A DNA stretch of 63,046 bases, filler included, from Chiloscyllium plagiosum (GCF_004010195.1; 4 parts of one record of this genome joined end to end with filler, not necessarily neighbours in it); one strand, 5' to 3'; counted from the first letter of the whole stretch, positions 12,756 through 25,208 are shown. The notes: generated by a model from the sequence alone, not told the origin. Translations and numbers: made by a program.

Positions 12756-14255
12756 TAATGGCACAGGAGGTGGTGATTCAACTCAAGTCCATGCCTACTG
12801 TCTGTAGAGTAGTCTCATCAATAACATTCCTCCACACTATCTCCACAGTCTTGCTTGGGCACATTTAATTTCAATTGGAAATCATTTATTATTTGTTACT
12901 TAAATTGCCTTCACAGCCAAGTTCCAAATCATTACCACTTACTGTGTAATAATGGTGGCATGGTGGCACAACAGTTAGCACTGCTACTTCACAGCTCCAG
13001 ACACGTGGGTTCAATTTCAGCCTTGGGTGACTGCCCATGTGGAATGTGCATATTCTCCTCATGTCTGCATGAGTTTCCTCTGAGTGTTTTGGTTTCCTCC
13101 CACAGTCCAAAGATGTATAGCTTAGGTAAATTGGCCATGCTAAATTACTCTTTAGTGTTCAAGGATATGTAGGCTGTGTGTGTTAACTGTGGTAAGTGTG
13201 GGGTTACAGGGATAGGACTGGATCCTCTTCAGAGGGTTGGTGCAGACTTGATGGGCCAAATGGCCTCTTTCTGCACTGTAGAAATTTTATGATTCTAACT
13301 TCCTCATCGCATTAACCCCTGCACTTGCCCAAAATCTTACATGGATGTCCTCCAGTCCTTATACCATCAACACATGGTAACAGCTTCTCAGCTACCTTAT
13401 CCACAGCCTTCAAAATCTTGTACATTATCACACTTTAGCTGCAATTTCCTTTGCTGCACATAGAACATCACCAGCTTCTACAACCTAACTTTATCTAAAG
13501 TCATCCAGGCCTGAAACCAGTTCAGTAAATCTCCTGTGTTTCCTTTTTACACATTCTTCTTAAAGTGTGATGTTAAGACCTGGATGCAGTACTCTGGTTG
13601 TAGCCAAACCACTGCTTCATACATGTTCGGTATAATCTCCTGCTTTTGTATTCAATGCCTCTATTTATAAAGCCCCCGTCCCCACGTGCTTTGCTCTTCA
13701 AAGATCTATATACACAAACTGTGGTCTCTCAGTCCCTCTACTTCCTTGTCTTTATTGCCTCTTATCATATCTGCCAAAATGCATCACATCACTTCTCATT
13801 AATAAATTTCATCTGCCACTTGTCGAACCATTCTGCTTGACTATATCTTGTTGCAATTGATTGGCAGGATATCGACTATCTGATGCACAAAGTTTAGTAT
13901 GATTGGCAAATTGAAATTTACTCAATTTCAACATCCAGCCCATTTATATATCATCAAAAAAAGCAGCGGTCTAGTACCAAACCTGGAGGAACCTTGTATA
14001 CCATATGCAACACTTCCAAGTTATTTTCTGTCTTCAAGTTCTTTTTTTAAAAAAAATTAAAGCTGACACTCATCCACCTCCTTCATGACACTCAACTTTA
14101 TTAAAATGCCCTTCTATCCACTATTTTGTCAATGCTTGCATAAAATTCACAAACATCATCTGTTCCATTCGCTTCATCAATCTTCGCTGTTACTTCAAAA
14201 ATTTCCACTTGGTTAGTCAGGTTCAATCTGTCCTTAACATCTTCTAACCCTTTTT
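12750..14255 (-). mobile_element. Old CR1 LINE fragment splitting the DeuSINE
   Basis: Antisense CR1 RT and 3' UTR phrases (aaatttcatctgccac, tttatata..caaaaaaagcagcggtc). Confidence 0.65.
12955..13295 (+). mobile_element. HE1-type SINE (diverged)
   Basis: gtggcatggtggcacaacagttagcactgct head; ggtttcctcccacagtccaaagatgt core; CR1-like tail. Confidence 0.85.
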
Positions 14256-14269
14256 TCCATCAAAGTATA

Positions 14270-14455
14270 GCCATAAGTGTTCCTCACATCAAAAGCAGGA
14301 GACGGAGCAGTGGTTTAACATCACACCTGACACTTAATATTTCCCAAGGTACAGCACTCCACTGGGACGCATCACCTTACATTAAATGCTCAGTCCCTGG
14401 AATGTGACTTGAACTGGCAGCCTTTGACTCAGAGGCAAGTGTGCTGTCACCGACA
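14270..14455 (-). mobile_element. DeuSINE, 5' half (tRNA head)
   Basis: ggtttaacatc..acagcactcc..gacttgaac..tgactcagaggcaagtgtgct, the antisense of a DeuSINE head. Confidence 0.7.
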
Positions 14456-15254
14456 CAAATAACAAGCCTTAATCTCATAGAGAGAAGTGAGTCATGGAAT
14501 GATACAAGACAGAAACAGGTCATTGGACCAACTAACTCTGACCAGTGTTCAATGCTATTCTCCAGCTCATTTCTCTACCTGAAATATTCTTATTCAGGAA
14601 AATATCCATTTCCCTAAATAAAAGGACCACACTTGAAAAATGGTTTATGACAGAGCTCCATATTAAAGACACCAGTTTTACCAAAATGCTTCCAACATTT
14701 ACTATAATCCTCTTTGTGATCATTATGTTCTCTAATTATCATAAATAGCAGAAACACCTAATCACTATTTAATTGATCACTGCACTTAAGTAACTATCAA
14801 TATTCTCATGAGAACTTTAACTTCAAGCTTACGCTAATAAGACAAATGCTTATCCATGATTACATTCATCAGAGTTTTCAGAGTTCTATATCAAGGTACC
14901 CAAAACAATACTGAATAACTAAGAGTTCATTATTACTTCTTTGTTCAGAGTACATTAAAGCCCAAAATATCTGCAGCAACCTTCAACACAAAAGGTTCTA
15001 TTCTGCACCTAAATGTCTGTCTGTTGCCCTTCTCTATTTTAAAATCATAGATATCATTTGTGATCCCATTCTCAATTTTGACTTACAAGACCTGAAGAAA
15101 GAAAATGAGCAGAAACACTTTTCAACTATATACAGTACAAGTGGTGGGCTAAAGGCAACCAGGGTTTAATCACCATTTCCCACCTCCCCCAAGAGTGTCT
15201 GTGGACCGTTCTAAGTATGGGCTGGACTTTACATCAAGTGATCACATCGACCAA

Positions 15255-15455
15255 GTGGAGAAAGTGAGAAATGTTGGAGATCACAGTCAAAATGTGTGGT
15301 ACTGGAAAAGCACAGCAGATCAGGCAGCATCTGAGGAGCAGGAGAGTCGACCTATCGGGCATAAGCTCTTCATCGATGCCCGAAACGTTGACTCTCCTGT
15401 TCTTCAGATGCTGCCTGACCTGCTGTACTTTTCCAGCGCCACCCTTTTCGACATC
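15255..15455. mobile_element. Penelope pseudo-LTR inverted (fold-back) mini-element
   Basis: ctggaaaagcacagcagatcaggcagcatctgaggagcaggagagtc is paired with gactctcctgttcttcagatgctgcctgacctgctgtacttttccag. Confidence 0.85.
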
Positions 15456-16109
15456 AACTAAGTGGCACTTTGTATCTCATCTGGCTGAAAATGCAGGAAC
15501 CCCTGACCAAACCTTGGAACACATAACAACATCTTTCCACACATCAGGTTTGAATGCCATATTCTGGAGATTGTTCTGCTGGTCAGCAAACATATGACCA
15601 GTTAGGAAACTTGACATTAAAATGTGGTGTAATGTCAGCTTCTGATCCAAAAGTCATAAGACATCTAAAGTGCACAACCTGACTCCACTTTCAAGTGAGC
15701 ATTTATTCCATTACTAAAAGGTACCAATGAAAACTGCCACTAAAATACTACTGCACACCACCTTGTCCTACTACTACCCATATTTAGTGCACAATTTTAT
15801 AATTGGGCTGATAAATGGACTCTTATTTGAATTAATTATTGAATGTTTCTGGCGGACGATGTGGAATTCTTCTCTATTTCTACCTATTCCAAATAAGGTA
15901 TACAGCCTATCAATCTCCAAAATATTAGACATTCTGAAGCAATGGAAGGATGCAATAAATTTCTGGGTTAAACTCCAAGTCTGCTTTTACAACTTCAAAA
16001 TGAGGCTGCCTGCAATGAAGCAACTTCTGGTTTCTACATGGAGAAGCTGCAGAAAAAACCTCTACCTAAAGAGAATCGCATGCTTATGCAGTAGTTATTT
16101 TTTTCTAAT

Positions 16110-16430
16110 TCTTTTACAGGATGTCAATGCTTTTAGGCAAGGCCAGCATTGTTCTTCATCTTCAATTGCCCTTCCGTTGAGTGGTCTACTGGACAGTTTC
16201 CAATGGGTCTTGCTGTGGAACTTGGTTCATATTTGAGACCAGACCAGGAAGGAATGACAGAATTTCTTCCTGAAGGATATTAGGAAAGAAATGAAAGAGT
16301 CTCATTGCAACTGGTGTTTTCAAATTCCAGATTTAGTACTTGAATTCAAATTCCCCGGCTGCTGCGGTGGGATTTAAACAGAAATCCACAGAGCATTATC
16401 TTGGGCCTCTGATTTAACTAGACTCTTTGC
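16110..16430 (-). mobile_element. Old shark tRNA-SINE (second family)
   Basis: gaccagaccagg..gacagaatttcttcctgaaggatatt..ttgaattcaaattcccc..ggtgggattt; relatives at 21476, 36610, 51050 and 55975. Confidence 0.7.
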
Positions 16431-16784
16431 TATCCTTCATCTCAAGAGAAAACATACATCTTTTTTAGCTCCAATTCAAATTGTGCAGGCAGGGTGAATT
16501 TCCTTAATTTAAATCGTTGTTACTGTGGTGACCATGTACCAGGACAGTTCTATAGCTACATGTGAATTATATACTGATAGTGGTGATATATTGCAATTGA
16601 CAACTGTAAAAACTGCAGTACTCGCCAAGTATTTATGAATTTAGTGAAAACAACAAACCCAGAGTAAATGTAATGGAAAAGAACTAACAAAGCCGCAGTC
16701 AACACTTTAGAAACAACTTGATGGCTGTGAAGCATTTTGTAATGTATAGAGGTGAAAGAATTTGTGCAAAGTTTCTTCTATGCT

Positions 16785-17000
16785 CAAAGTTTGTGAGAAG
16801 ATTTGTAGCTCGGGTGCTCGTTGCTGTGATTCTGTTCGCCGAGCTGGAAGTTTTTGTTGCAAACGTTTCGTCCCCTGTCTAGGTGACATCCTCAGTGCTT
16901 GGGAGCCTCCTGTGAAGCGCTTCACAGGAGCGCTTCACAGGAGGCTCCCAAGCACTGAGGATGTCACCTAGACAGGGTACGAAACGTTTGCAACAAAAAC
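16785..17000. mobile_element. Penelope-derived fold-back mini-element with 12-bp TSD
   Basis: TSD ttcttctatgct at 16773-16784 and 17001-17012; ~70-bp near-perfect inverted arms carrying a CTGAGGA..GAAAC hammerhead core. Confidence 0.9.
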
Positions 17001-17149
17001 TTCTTCTATGCTGTTAATCAATGATTTTTTTTTTTAATTTGATCCCTTGAAACGGTTCTGCCTTTTAATTAGATCATGACTAATCAGCATGCTTAATTCT
17101 ATTATTGTAACTCTCAATACCTTTGCCTGATAAAACTCCAAGGTCAATG

Positions 17150-19135
17150 CCAAGGAGGCCATTACAGCACAGAAGATGAACATTAGGCCCTTCAACTTCA
17201 TGGTAACTTGCTATGGAGTAATCCAACCAAGTTCTATTCCTTCCTCCATCCTAGTCACACTGAAATTTATTTTGTTCAAGTACCCATGCACTTTCTTTTT
17301 AACGTTATTATTTGTCTTCATCTCTACCACCCTCCAAAAATATTGCTCCCCAGGCGATTACCATTCACTACATAAAACGATTCTCTCTCATAACCTCCCT
17401 CTACTTTTGCCTCAAATGTTGATGAGTTTTCCAATCATGTAACATTATCTAGATGGTTAGCTTTCCCTCATCTACCATATCCAACTGGTCATAATTACAT
17501 AAGCCACTATCAAACTCCTCTGCTCCAAGGAGCACAAGCCCAGCCGATCAAGCCTAAAATCCCTCATCCCAAGAAACACTTTAATAAAACTCCTCTGCAC
17601 ACAATTAAGAACCGATATATCCTTCCTAAAGCATAGTGATAAGATCAGGAGGCTGACCTAACCAATCTTCAGTTTAACAGCTCGACTGTTGTACATAATG
17701 TTTCTATTTATGAAACCCAAGATCAGATATGCTTGGCTAACCTTCCCCTCAACGTAAACTGCTATGTTCAAAGAGAGAGCACGAAGGAGGGAGCGAGCAA
17801 GACACAGATGAATGGTGGTGGTTTAACCCAAGGATACCTGAGGTGAGACCTCCTTGGTAACTTTAGTTGGTACAGGAATGGAATCAAGGCTACTGAATCA
17901 CAAACCAGCCGCTGACCTAGCTGATCTCCAACAAAGTCAAGTATGCTCATCGAAACATGGTTTTACCAGATTAAATTACACTTCTTAACGCTCAAGGTGA
18001 GGTAGTCCTCCTTGTGGATTTGTAGATTACAGGAGCTCATTTTATTGTATGGGAAACTCAGAGAACTCATAGAATGATAGAAAGAACTGTAGCACAAAAG
18101 CAATAATCCAGATAAAAATTTGTGCCCCAACTAAGAGGCGTCGGAATCATAGAACTGTTATGAAGGAGGCCAGTCAGCGCATCAAGTCTATACCAGTTCT
18201 CTGAACATTTTAGCTTCGTACCAATCTTTTATGTTTTCTCCTATAACCCTGCAATGATGCATCCGTTTTAATAATTGTGTATTGCTTTATTGAATGCCTT
18301 ATTTGAACCTATTTCCACCACATTCCCAGGTAGTACATTATTAGACCCTGAATTCACCCATTTTTCCATGTCACTATCATTTGGAATAGGATTAAGTGCT
18401 TCTTGAAATTTCCTCAACTAAGTTAGACTGACAGGTCTGTAATACCTGGGCCAAATCCTTACAAACCTTTTATTGAACTACAGTGTTCTCTTTAACCAAA
18501 GATGGCACAGCTCCAATTTTCCCTTCCCAACCCTCTCTGAACACCTCCCAACCAGGCACATTGAACATCCAGTCCAGAGCTTCTCGAGTTGATTTTAAGA
18601 CTCCATCACTTTCTTTCTCACTCTGACTCCATCTATTAACTTATTATTCTCTATTCTGGTGTTATCTGCTTTTCCCAATATTTTATGCACTCTAGCATTA
18701 CTCCCCAACATTCCCTCGGCTCCCAAACCTCTGCTGAGTTAGTTTAAATGTTCCCTATTTGCATAAGCAAAATGCTACGCAAGGATCTGAATTTTGACTC
18801 CGTTCAGATACCTGTTTGACTTATACGGTACCCAGAGCCAGCCCCAGAACTCCACAAATTTAAAATTCACCATCATTTGCACCACATTTCCAACCACTCA
18901 TTCATCAGATGCATCGTCCCATTTTGGTATTCATTTGCATGTGGCACTGGGAGTAATTTGGAGAGGACCATTTTTGAAGCTTTACTTGCTAATTTTTGAC
19001 CTCGCTCTCAAAACATGTGATTACACAACCACATGTTCTTCCGACCTACGCTGTTAGATCCAATGAGGACAATGTCCTCTGGCTGCTCAACTTTCACTGA
19101 AACAATATACCGCAGCGATTCTGTCACATGAGTGA
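17150..19135 (-). mobile_element. Mosaic of old CR1 fragments (3' ends and ORF1 relic)
   Basis: Antisense CR1 phrases (ctcctctgctccaaggag, gttagactgacaggtctgtaa, ttagtttaaa, gcatgtggcactgggagtaat). Confidence 0.55.
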
Positions 19136-19140
19136 CGCTA

Positions 19141-19205
19141 GGGGCAGCATAGTGGCTCAGTGGTTAGCACTACTGCCTCACAGCACCAGGGTCCCAGATT
19201 CAATT
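19141..19205 (+). mobile_element. HE1-type SINE 5' head only
   Basis: ggggcagcatagtggctcagtggttagcactactgcctcacagcaccaggg. Confidence 0.75.
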
Positions 19206-20189
19206 GCAGTGTTGTCCAGGGAAAAAAGAAGGCTGACCTGTTGCATTGAGCTTGGGTGATAGGTGTCCATGGGTGATGAGGCTTAACAGTCCAAGAGAAG
19301 GAGGGCTCGTCTCCTAATCATCCCTAATGAAGCAGAGGAGGTCAGTGACCCTATTACATCATTGAAACCAGTTTCATTTGTGGACACGTGGCTGCTCAGT
19401 ATATTGCTGCGATCACTATCAGTGCTATCTCAGTCAGGTGGCAGATACCATGATTATTGGGAAACAGGTCTTTGGACCATTCCTGGACAGACAGGAGAAT
19501 CAGCATGGAAGCATCACCAAATTATGAGGGCTCTCATGTTCTGCACTGTGCCATGTTTCCACTAAACTGCTACAGGATTCTGGTCTTATCAAGCAGGCTT
19601 GTCTGACCACAAGACATCTAACCTGTCAACCAAACCATGAACAGGAAGCAATAGAAAAAAAAGTAAAGTAAAATTGCAGTGAAAAACCACAGGGCATTCA
19701 AAAAAAAAACTTTCTAAGTTTCTTAACATCAAAACAGAACTCTCTGCCACCAGACACAAAATTTGAACTTTTCTCGGAATAAGGCCCAGGCCTGATGTTT
19801 CCTCTTGCAGTGAAATGCAAAACAAAACCACGTAATTCATGAGGGCAAGTGTCAATAAATAATTAGTATATTAGATTTAACTATCTGAAACTGATTTATT
19901 GAATATTTTAACCATTTCACTCAAGGATATGCAAGATATTAAAATTTTAAACATCTTTAAACTAGAATAGATCATAAAGGACGACTGAAGATAGCAGGAG
20001 GATGCCTTACAATTTTCAATACTTCATGCTTTTTATTAAATATCTGATCAATTAATTAAATCAAATTTAATTCTTAATTTCTCTAGCAGCTAACTGCAAT
20101 AGTGACTAGGAAATAATTGGTACATGACTGAATAATATGGGGGGAGAAAGAAATAGAAAGCTACAAAGGTTATCATAATTAAAGCACTT

Positions 20190-20351
20190 TCTGGATCAGT
20201 GGTGCTGGAAGAGCACAGCAATTCAGGCAGCATCCGAAGACAGGCAAAATCGACGTTTCGGGCAAAAGCCCTTCATCAGGAATAAAGGCAGAGACCCTGA
20301 AGCGTGGAGAGATAAGCTAGAGGAGGGGGGGGGTGGGGAGAGAGTGGCATA
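20190..20351 (-). mobile_element. Young Penelope pseudo-LTR truncated by the gap
   Basis: CpG-intact; reverse complement of the 21200-21350 family. Confidence 0.88.
20248..20283 (-). ncRNA. Minimal type I hammerhead ribozyme motif
   Basis: attc-CTGATGA-a-gggc-tttt-gccc-GAAA-cg-TC-gatt on the minus strand. Confidence 0.8.
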
Positions 20352-20451
20352 NNNNNNNNNNNNNNNNNNNNNNNNNNNNNNNNNNNNNNNNNNNNTTAAT
20401 TAATTAANNNNNNNNNNNNNNNNNNNNNNNNNNNNNNNNNNNNNNNNNNNN
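20352..20451. other. Artificial contig linker
   Basis: N44-TTAATTAATTAA-N44; the 12-mer has stops in all six frames. Confidence 0.98.
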
Positions 20452-20910
20452 ATAAGATCCCCCTCAGTCTCCTACACGCTAAAGAAAAAAGTCATTCTTC
20501 CTGTAGCAAGGTGACCACAATTGAACACAATACTCCAAACGCAGCCTTCTGAATGTCCTGTACAACTGGAACATAACTTCCCAACTTCTATACTCAATGC
20601 CCTGATGAAGGCCTGTGTGCCAACAGCCTCCTTCACTCTCCTGTGTATCTGTGACTCAAATTTTAGACAACCATGCACCTGATCTCTAATTTCCTTTGTT
20701 ACACTACACTCCTTAAGACCCTCTCATTCATTATTAAACTCCTACCTGGATTTGGCTTTCCAAAATGCAAGACGTGACCCTTACTTATGTTAAACTCCAC
20801 ATGTTATTTCTCAGCCCACTTCTGCTGCCGATCAAGGTACTGCTGCAATTTCTGGTAATGTTCCTCATTGGAACCCTCCTATTTTAGTGTCATCTGCAAA
20901 CTTACTATCC
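20452..20910 (-). mobile_element. CR1 RT fragment
   Basis: Antisense of ..SKFADD.. (gtcatctgcaaacttact) and the downstream CR1 region. Confidence 0.85.
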
Positions 20911-21086
20911 TTCCAGCCCGGCACCGCCTTCCTGGCCTGCAGTCTTCTTCTTGACCTCTCCGCCTCCATCCTACTCCGACCTATCACCCTCACCTTGACC
21001 TCTTTCCACCTATCACATTTCCAACGCCCCTCCTCCAAGTCCCTCCTCCCTACCTTTTATCTTCTCCTGCTGAACACTCTCTGCTC

Positions 21087-21122
21087 ATTCCTGAAGAAGG
21101 GCCTGTGCCCGAAACGTCGAAT
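21087..21122 (+). ncRNA. Minimal type I hammerhead ribozyme
   Basis: attc-CTGAAGA-a-gggc-ctgt-gccc-GAAA-cg-TC-gaat; stem I attc/gaat and stem II gggc/gccc pair perfectly. Confidence 0.85.
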
Positions 21123-21256
21123 CTCCTGTTCCCTGGATGCTGCCTGACCTGCTGTGCTGTTCCAGCAATAAAGTTTCCTATTGTACTCTATGCTACTTTC
21201 TCCCCACCTCCACCCTCCTCTCATTTATCTCCCCACCCTTCAGGCACTCTGCCTCT

Positions 21257-21292
21257 ATTCCTGATGAAGGGCTTTTGCCCGAAACGTCGATT
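21257..21292 (+). ncRNA. Minimal type I hammerhead ribozyme
   Basis: attc-CTGATGA-a-gggc-tttt-gccc-GAAA-cg-TC-gatt. Confidence 0.8.
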
Positions 21293-21475
21293 TTCCTGCT
21301 CCTCGGATGCTGCCTGAACTGCTGTGCTTTTCCAACACCACTCTAATCTAGTTCATGCTTTTTTGCCTGCAGTAGAGTTTGGCTGGCTCCAGTGTCCTAC
21401 AGTCTCACTACATGCTTGCTCACCTCACCCTATGGCAATATGGCCATCCTTCATTTAAATAATACCAACCTAAGT

Positions 21476-22275
21476 GGGGGCAATGGCATTGTGAAATTGT
21501 TCCTGGATTAATAATCCAGAGAGCCGGGTAAAGTCTGGGCACTGGAGTTCATATCACATCATAGCAGATGGCAAAATCAGAATTCAAAATAAACTTTAGA
21601 ATTAAAACCATCGTCAATTGTTCCAACAAAAAAAAAGTCTGGTATTTTAATGCTCTTTAGAGAAGGAAAAATGCCATGCTTACCTGGTCTGGCCTACATG
21701 TGACTCCATACCTACAGCGACATGTTTGCTTGTTCACTGCCATCTGAAATCATCTAGCAAACTATTCAATTTCATTAAAACACTTTTAAAAACTCTCAAA
21801 AAAGAGATTAAACTGGCAGAAATAGCTGACATTAGATACCAATGGATTCTTGCCACATCCATAATTAAACAATTCACTGAAAGAGCATGCATCATAAATG
21901 TCTCCATCTTCAATGATGACGGAGCAGAACACATTATTGTGAATTTTAAGGCTGAGCATTTGTAGCAATCTTCAGTCAGACGTATTAAGTGGTGGACCCA
22001 TATGGCCTCCTCCAGATCTCCATAGTATCCATTCCACACCATGTGAACAAACTGTTAGAACCACTAGATACTGAAAAACTATAGTTCCCTATAATGCTCT
22101 GGCAATAGTACCGAAGATGTGTGCTTCAGAACTTGCCGTGTCCTTAGGCAAGCTGTCCCAATGGTGCTACAACACTGGCATCCATCAACAATTTGAAAAA
22201 TTGTCCAGTTATGTCCTGTACCCATAATGCAAGACAAATCCAACCCAGCCAATGACTACCTTATCACTCTATACA
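21476..22275 (+). mobile_element. Old SINE joined to a fragment of its partner CR1/L2-group LINE
   Basis: tRNA-like head, cttacctggtctggcctacatgtgactcc core, then a KMCASELAVSLGKL..YNTGI-like RT region. Confidence 0.65.
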
Positions 22276-22789
22276 GGTATGACATTCCATGGGTCACACA
22301 CAGAGATTTGCCAGACAATGATTAAATTTCCATCTGCAGTCATTTTTAAGCTGTAGCAGACTTCTTTTTTAAGTGCATTTTGGTGTTAAAAGTTATCAAT
22401 GTCCATGTCACTCTTGGGTTCTGATCCATCATCACGGCATCTTTGTGGCTTGAAATTTCCTTCCTCCACTGGTTGCACTCTTATTTGACATAATACTGTT
22501 TTTTTGATTGTGTCAGGTTCTACTTCTAGGGTGGTGTTTGTAGCAGCGATGTGTTATTGTTCAAGTAAGCACATGGAATTACATTTAATCCAATATTATT
22601 GGAATGGTGAGTAAATATTCAGTTAGAACCGAATCGATAAAAATTACAAAGTATTATTTTAGAACCACATTACACCACTTGCATGACCAAAGATGTTTCT
22701 GATCCCAAGAAGAACAAAATTGAATATTCTCTCAACAGTGAGAATTGAGAAGCTGTAGAGAATCAGCTGCACTTCTAATGAGATATGTA

Positions 22790-23900
22790 CTGTAAACCAA
22801 GCCTCTCTGCTCTCTACACCCTTTAGAGTTATGAATTTTATTGTATTCTACAGCCTCATGTTCTTTCTACCAAAGTGCATCACATAGGACTTCTCCATAT
22901 TGCACTTCATCAATTTGCCCACTCCATCAACTTATCAATGTCATTCCATTGATTTACAATATCCTCCTTTTAATTTTTACAGTGCTTTCAAGTTTTGTGT
23001 TGACTACAAACCTTGAAATTGTCCTCTGTACACCAAGATCTAGATCATTAATATATAATCATGATAAGCAAGATCCCAAAACCAAACCCTGGGGAACTCC
23101 ATTATAAATATTCATCCAGCTCCCAGATCCATGAGCCATTATTCTTAGTTTCCTAATCTTCAGCCAATTTTGCATCCATGTTGCTGTTATCCTATTTATT
23201 CCATGAATCAGAACTTCTCTCATTAATCAATTGTGTTTCATTATATCAAAGGCCCTATGATTATAAACCCATGCTGGCTGTTCCTAATTGGCCTATATTT
23301 TTCCACCTGATGATTCAGTCTATCAAAATTATATTTCCCTCCACTGAAGTTAAACTGACAGGTCTGTAATTGCTAGGCTTATCCTTACAACCCTGAAAGA
23401 GCATGGGTGTTACATTAACAATTCTTCAGTTCTTTGTCATCACCTCTGAGTCTAGCAAAGATTGAAAACTTATTGTCAGATCCTCTACAATTTCCACTCT
23501 CACCTCTTTCAATACACCCAGATGCATCTCATCTGGTCGTACTGCCTTAACAACTTAAATTACTGGCACAAAAATGGAAATTGCTGGAAAAGTTCAGCAG
23601 GTCTGGCAGCATCTGTGGAGAGAAATCAGAGTTTCAGATCCAGTGACCCTTCATCAGAACTCAATCCAAAATATTAACCCAACACAGTCCTGCTTAGCTT
23701 TTCCAGCAACCTCAACTTTTGTTTCGGATTTAAAGCATCTGCAGTTCTTTCAATTCTTATAAATTACTGACTGTCTATATAATACCAGCTCTTATCAGTT
23801 TTAAACTCTTCCAGTGACTGAGTTTCCTCCTGTCACCTGGGCAGCATCTCTTTCCCTAGTAAAGACAAATACAACATATTCTTTTCACACCATAGCTATG
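22790..23900 (-). mobile_element. Old CR1 ORF2 fragment
   Basis: Antisense of GVPQG (ccctggggaactcc) and YRPVSLTS (gaagttaaactgacaggtctgtaatt). Confidence 0.75.
23566..23759. mobile_element. Penelope fold-back mini-element with 10-bp TSD
   Basis: TSD taaattactg at 23556-23565 and 23760-23769; ttgctggaaaag../..cttttccagcaa inverted arms. Confidence 0.8.
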
Positions 23901-24902
23901 CCTCCTGCCCACACATTCAACTTAATAAAATGAACAACAGCTCTGCTCTGTCCACCTATCTGGTTAAACCTAAACAAAGCTTGGCAGTCAACCATCTGTC
24001 AATCATCCTACTAATGCATTTTCTATGACAATACCTCTACCAACAAGAGACAGTTTGCATTCCATTAGCACTCTTTTCTCATAAATTATAAAATGTTGTT
24101 TCTCTTTGCATAGCTATTCTTGTGAATGTCCTGATGAGAGCAAGACTAAAGGCTTCGACTTAATTTTTGTGCTGCCAAATGTGCATGAGTAATTCTTAAA
24201 ATGATAAAAGGATTTGGGCAATTTAAAATAACAATGCACAATATTTAAAAATAGATTTAGGCCTTTTGAGACTGATATTTTTTTCAAATAAAGGTTTTCA
24301 GAAATCTACAATTTCCATCCCCAAATGAAAACTGGATCAATTGAGATTTTCCAGACCAAGGCTCAATAGATTTTTTTTTATATAAGACAAGGGCATCACG
24401 TTGTATTAATCAAAGCTGAATAAATGAAATTACGATATAGACGAGCCATAACTGAATGCTGAAATAGTGTATTCTCCTTCCTATTTTCTGCTTGATAAGC
24501 TCTTCATAAAACAAAAAGGCATCTTTAAGTTTACTGAAATGAAGTGACCACATCAAGTAATGAATGAAATATGTCTCTCTGATATTAATTTTTATGTTAG
24601 GAGTTTGCAATATAAACTTAACATCTGCTTTGTAACTTGTCAACATTTTTTGAGTAATCATTTATGTTTGCAGTTGCTCCCACTTCAAATCCTCCAACCA
24701 CCACGGTTTCTAAAATGGACAGTTAGGCTGTTCACTAAAGAATTAATTTCAATTCCCTTTCTCTCTGCTATTTTCAACAACTTACTTGAAGGTAAGCATA
24801 TTGAATTTAATCTCCACCTATTTTGCCTCCATAGATAGCTCATTAATTTAAATATCAAGGCAACTTCCCAAGACATCTGTCAAATCAATTTTACCAGATG
24901 TG

Positions 24903-25208
24903 ATTAGATTAGATTAGATTAGATTACTTACAGTGTGGAAACAGGCCCTTCGGCCCAACAAGTCCACACCGACCGGCCGAAGCGCACCCACCCAGACCCA
25001 TTCCCCTACATTTACCCCTGCACCTAACACTATGGGCAATTTAGCGTGGCCAATTCACCTAACCTGCACATCTTTGGACTGTGGGAGGAAACCGGAGCAC
25101 CGGAGTAAACCCACGCAGACACTGGGAGAATGTGCAAACTCCACACAGTCAGTCACCTGAGGCGGGAATTGAACTGGGGTCTCTGGCCCTGTGAGGCAGC
25201 AGTGCTAT
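24903..25208 (-). mobile_element. HE1-type SINE (young)
   Basis: Highly similar to 6541-6854, with an (attag)n tail. Confidence 0.92.

Larger units (their letters stand above)
20911..21350 (+). mobile_element. Two tandem Penelope pseudo-LTRs of different subfamilies
   Basis: Each has a pyrimidine-rich tract, a hammerhead and a ggatgctgcctga..ctgctgtgct..tccagca tail. Confidence 0.9.

Noticed and set aside
15727..16236. 169-aa ORF
   Set aside because: No recognisable motif, composition typical of AT-rich DNA, and it runs into an antisense SINE.
20396..20407. TTAATTAATTAA as a piggyBac site or regulatory palindrome
   Set aside because: It is centred in N runs three times and is an assembly spacer.
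22386..22564. Minus-strand 55-codon open stretch (..RVQPVEEGNFKPQRCRDDGSEPKSDMDIDNF*) and an overlapping + strand 48-nt exon-like segment
   Set aside because: Neither is recognisable, they conflict with each other, and both are within chance expectation.
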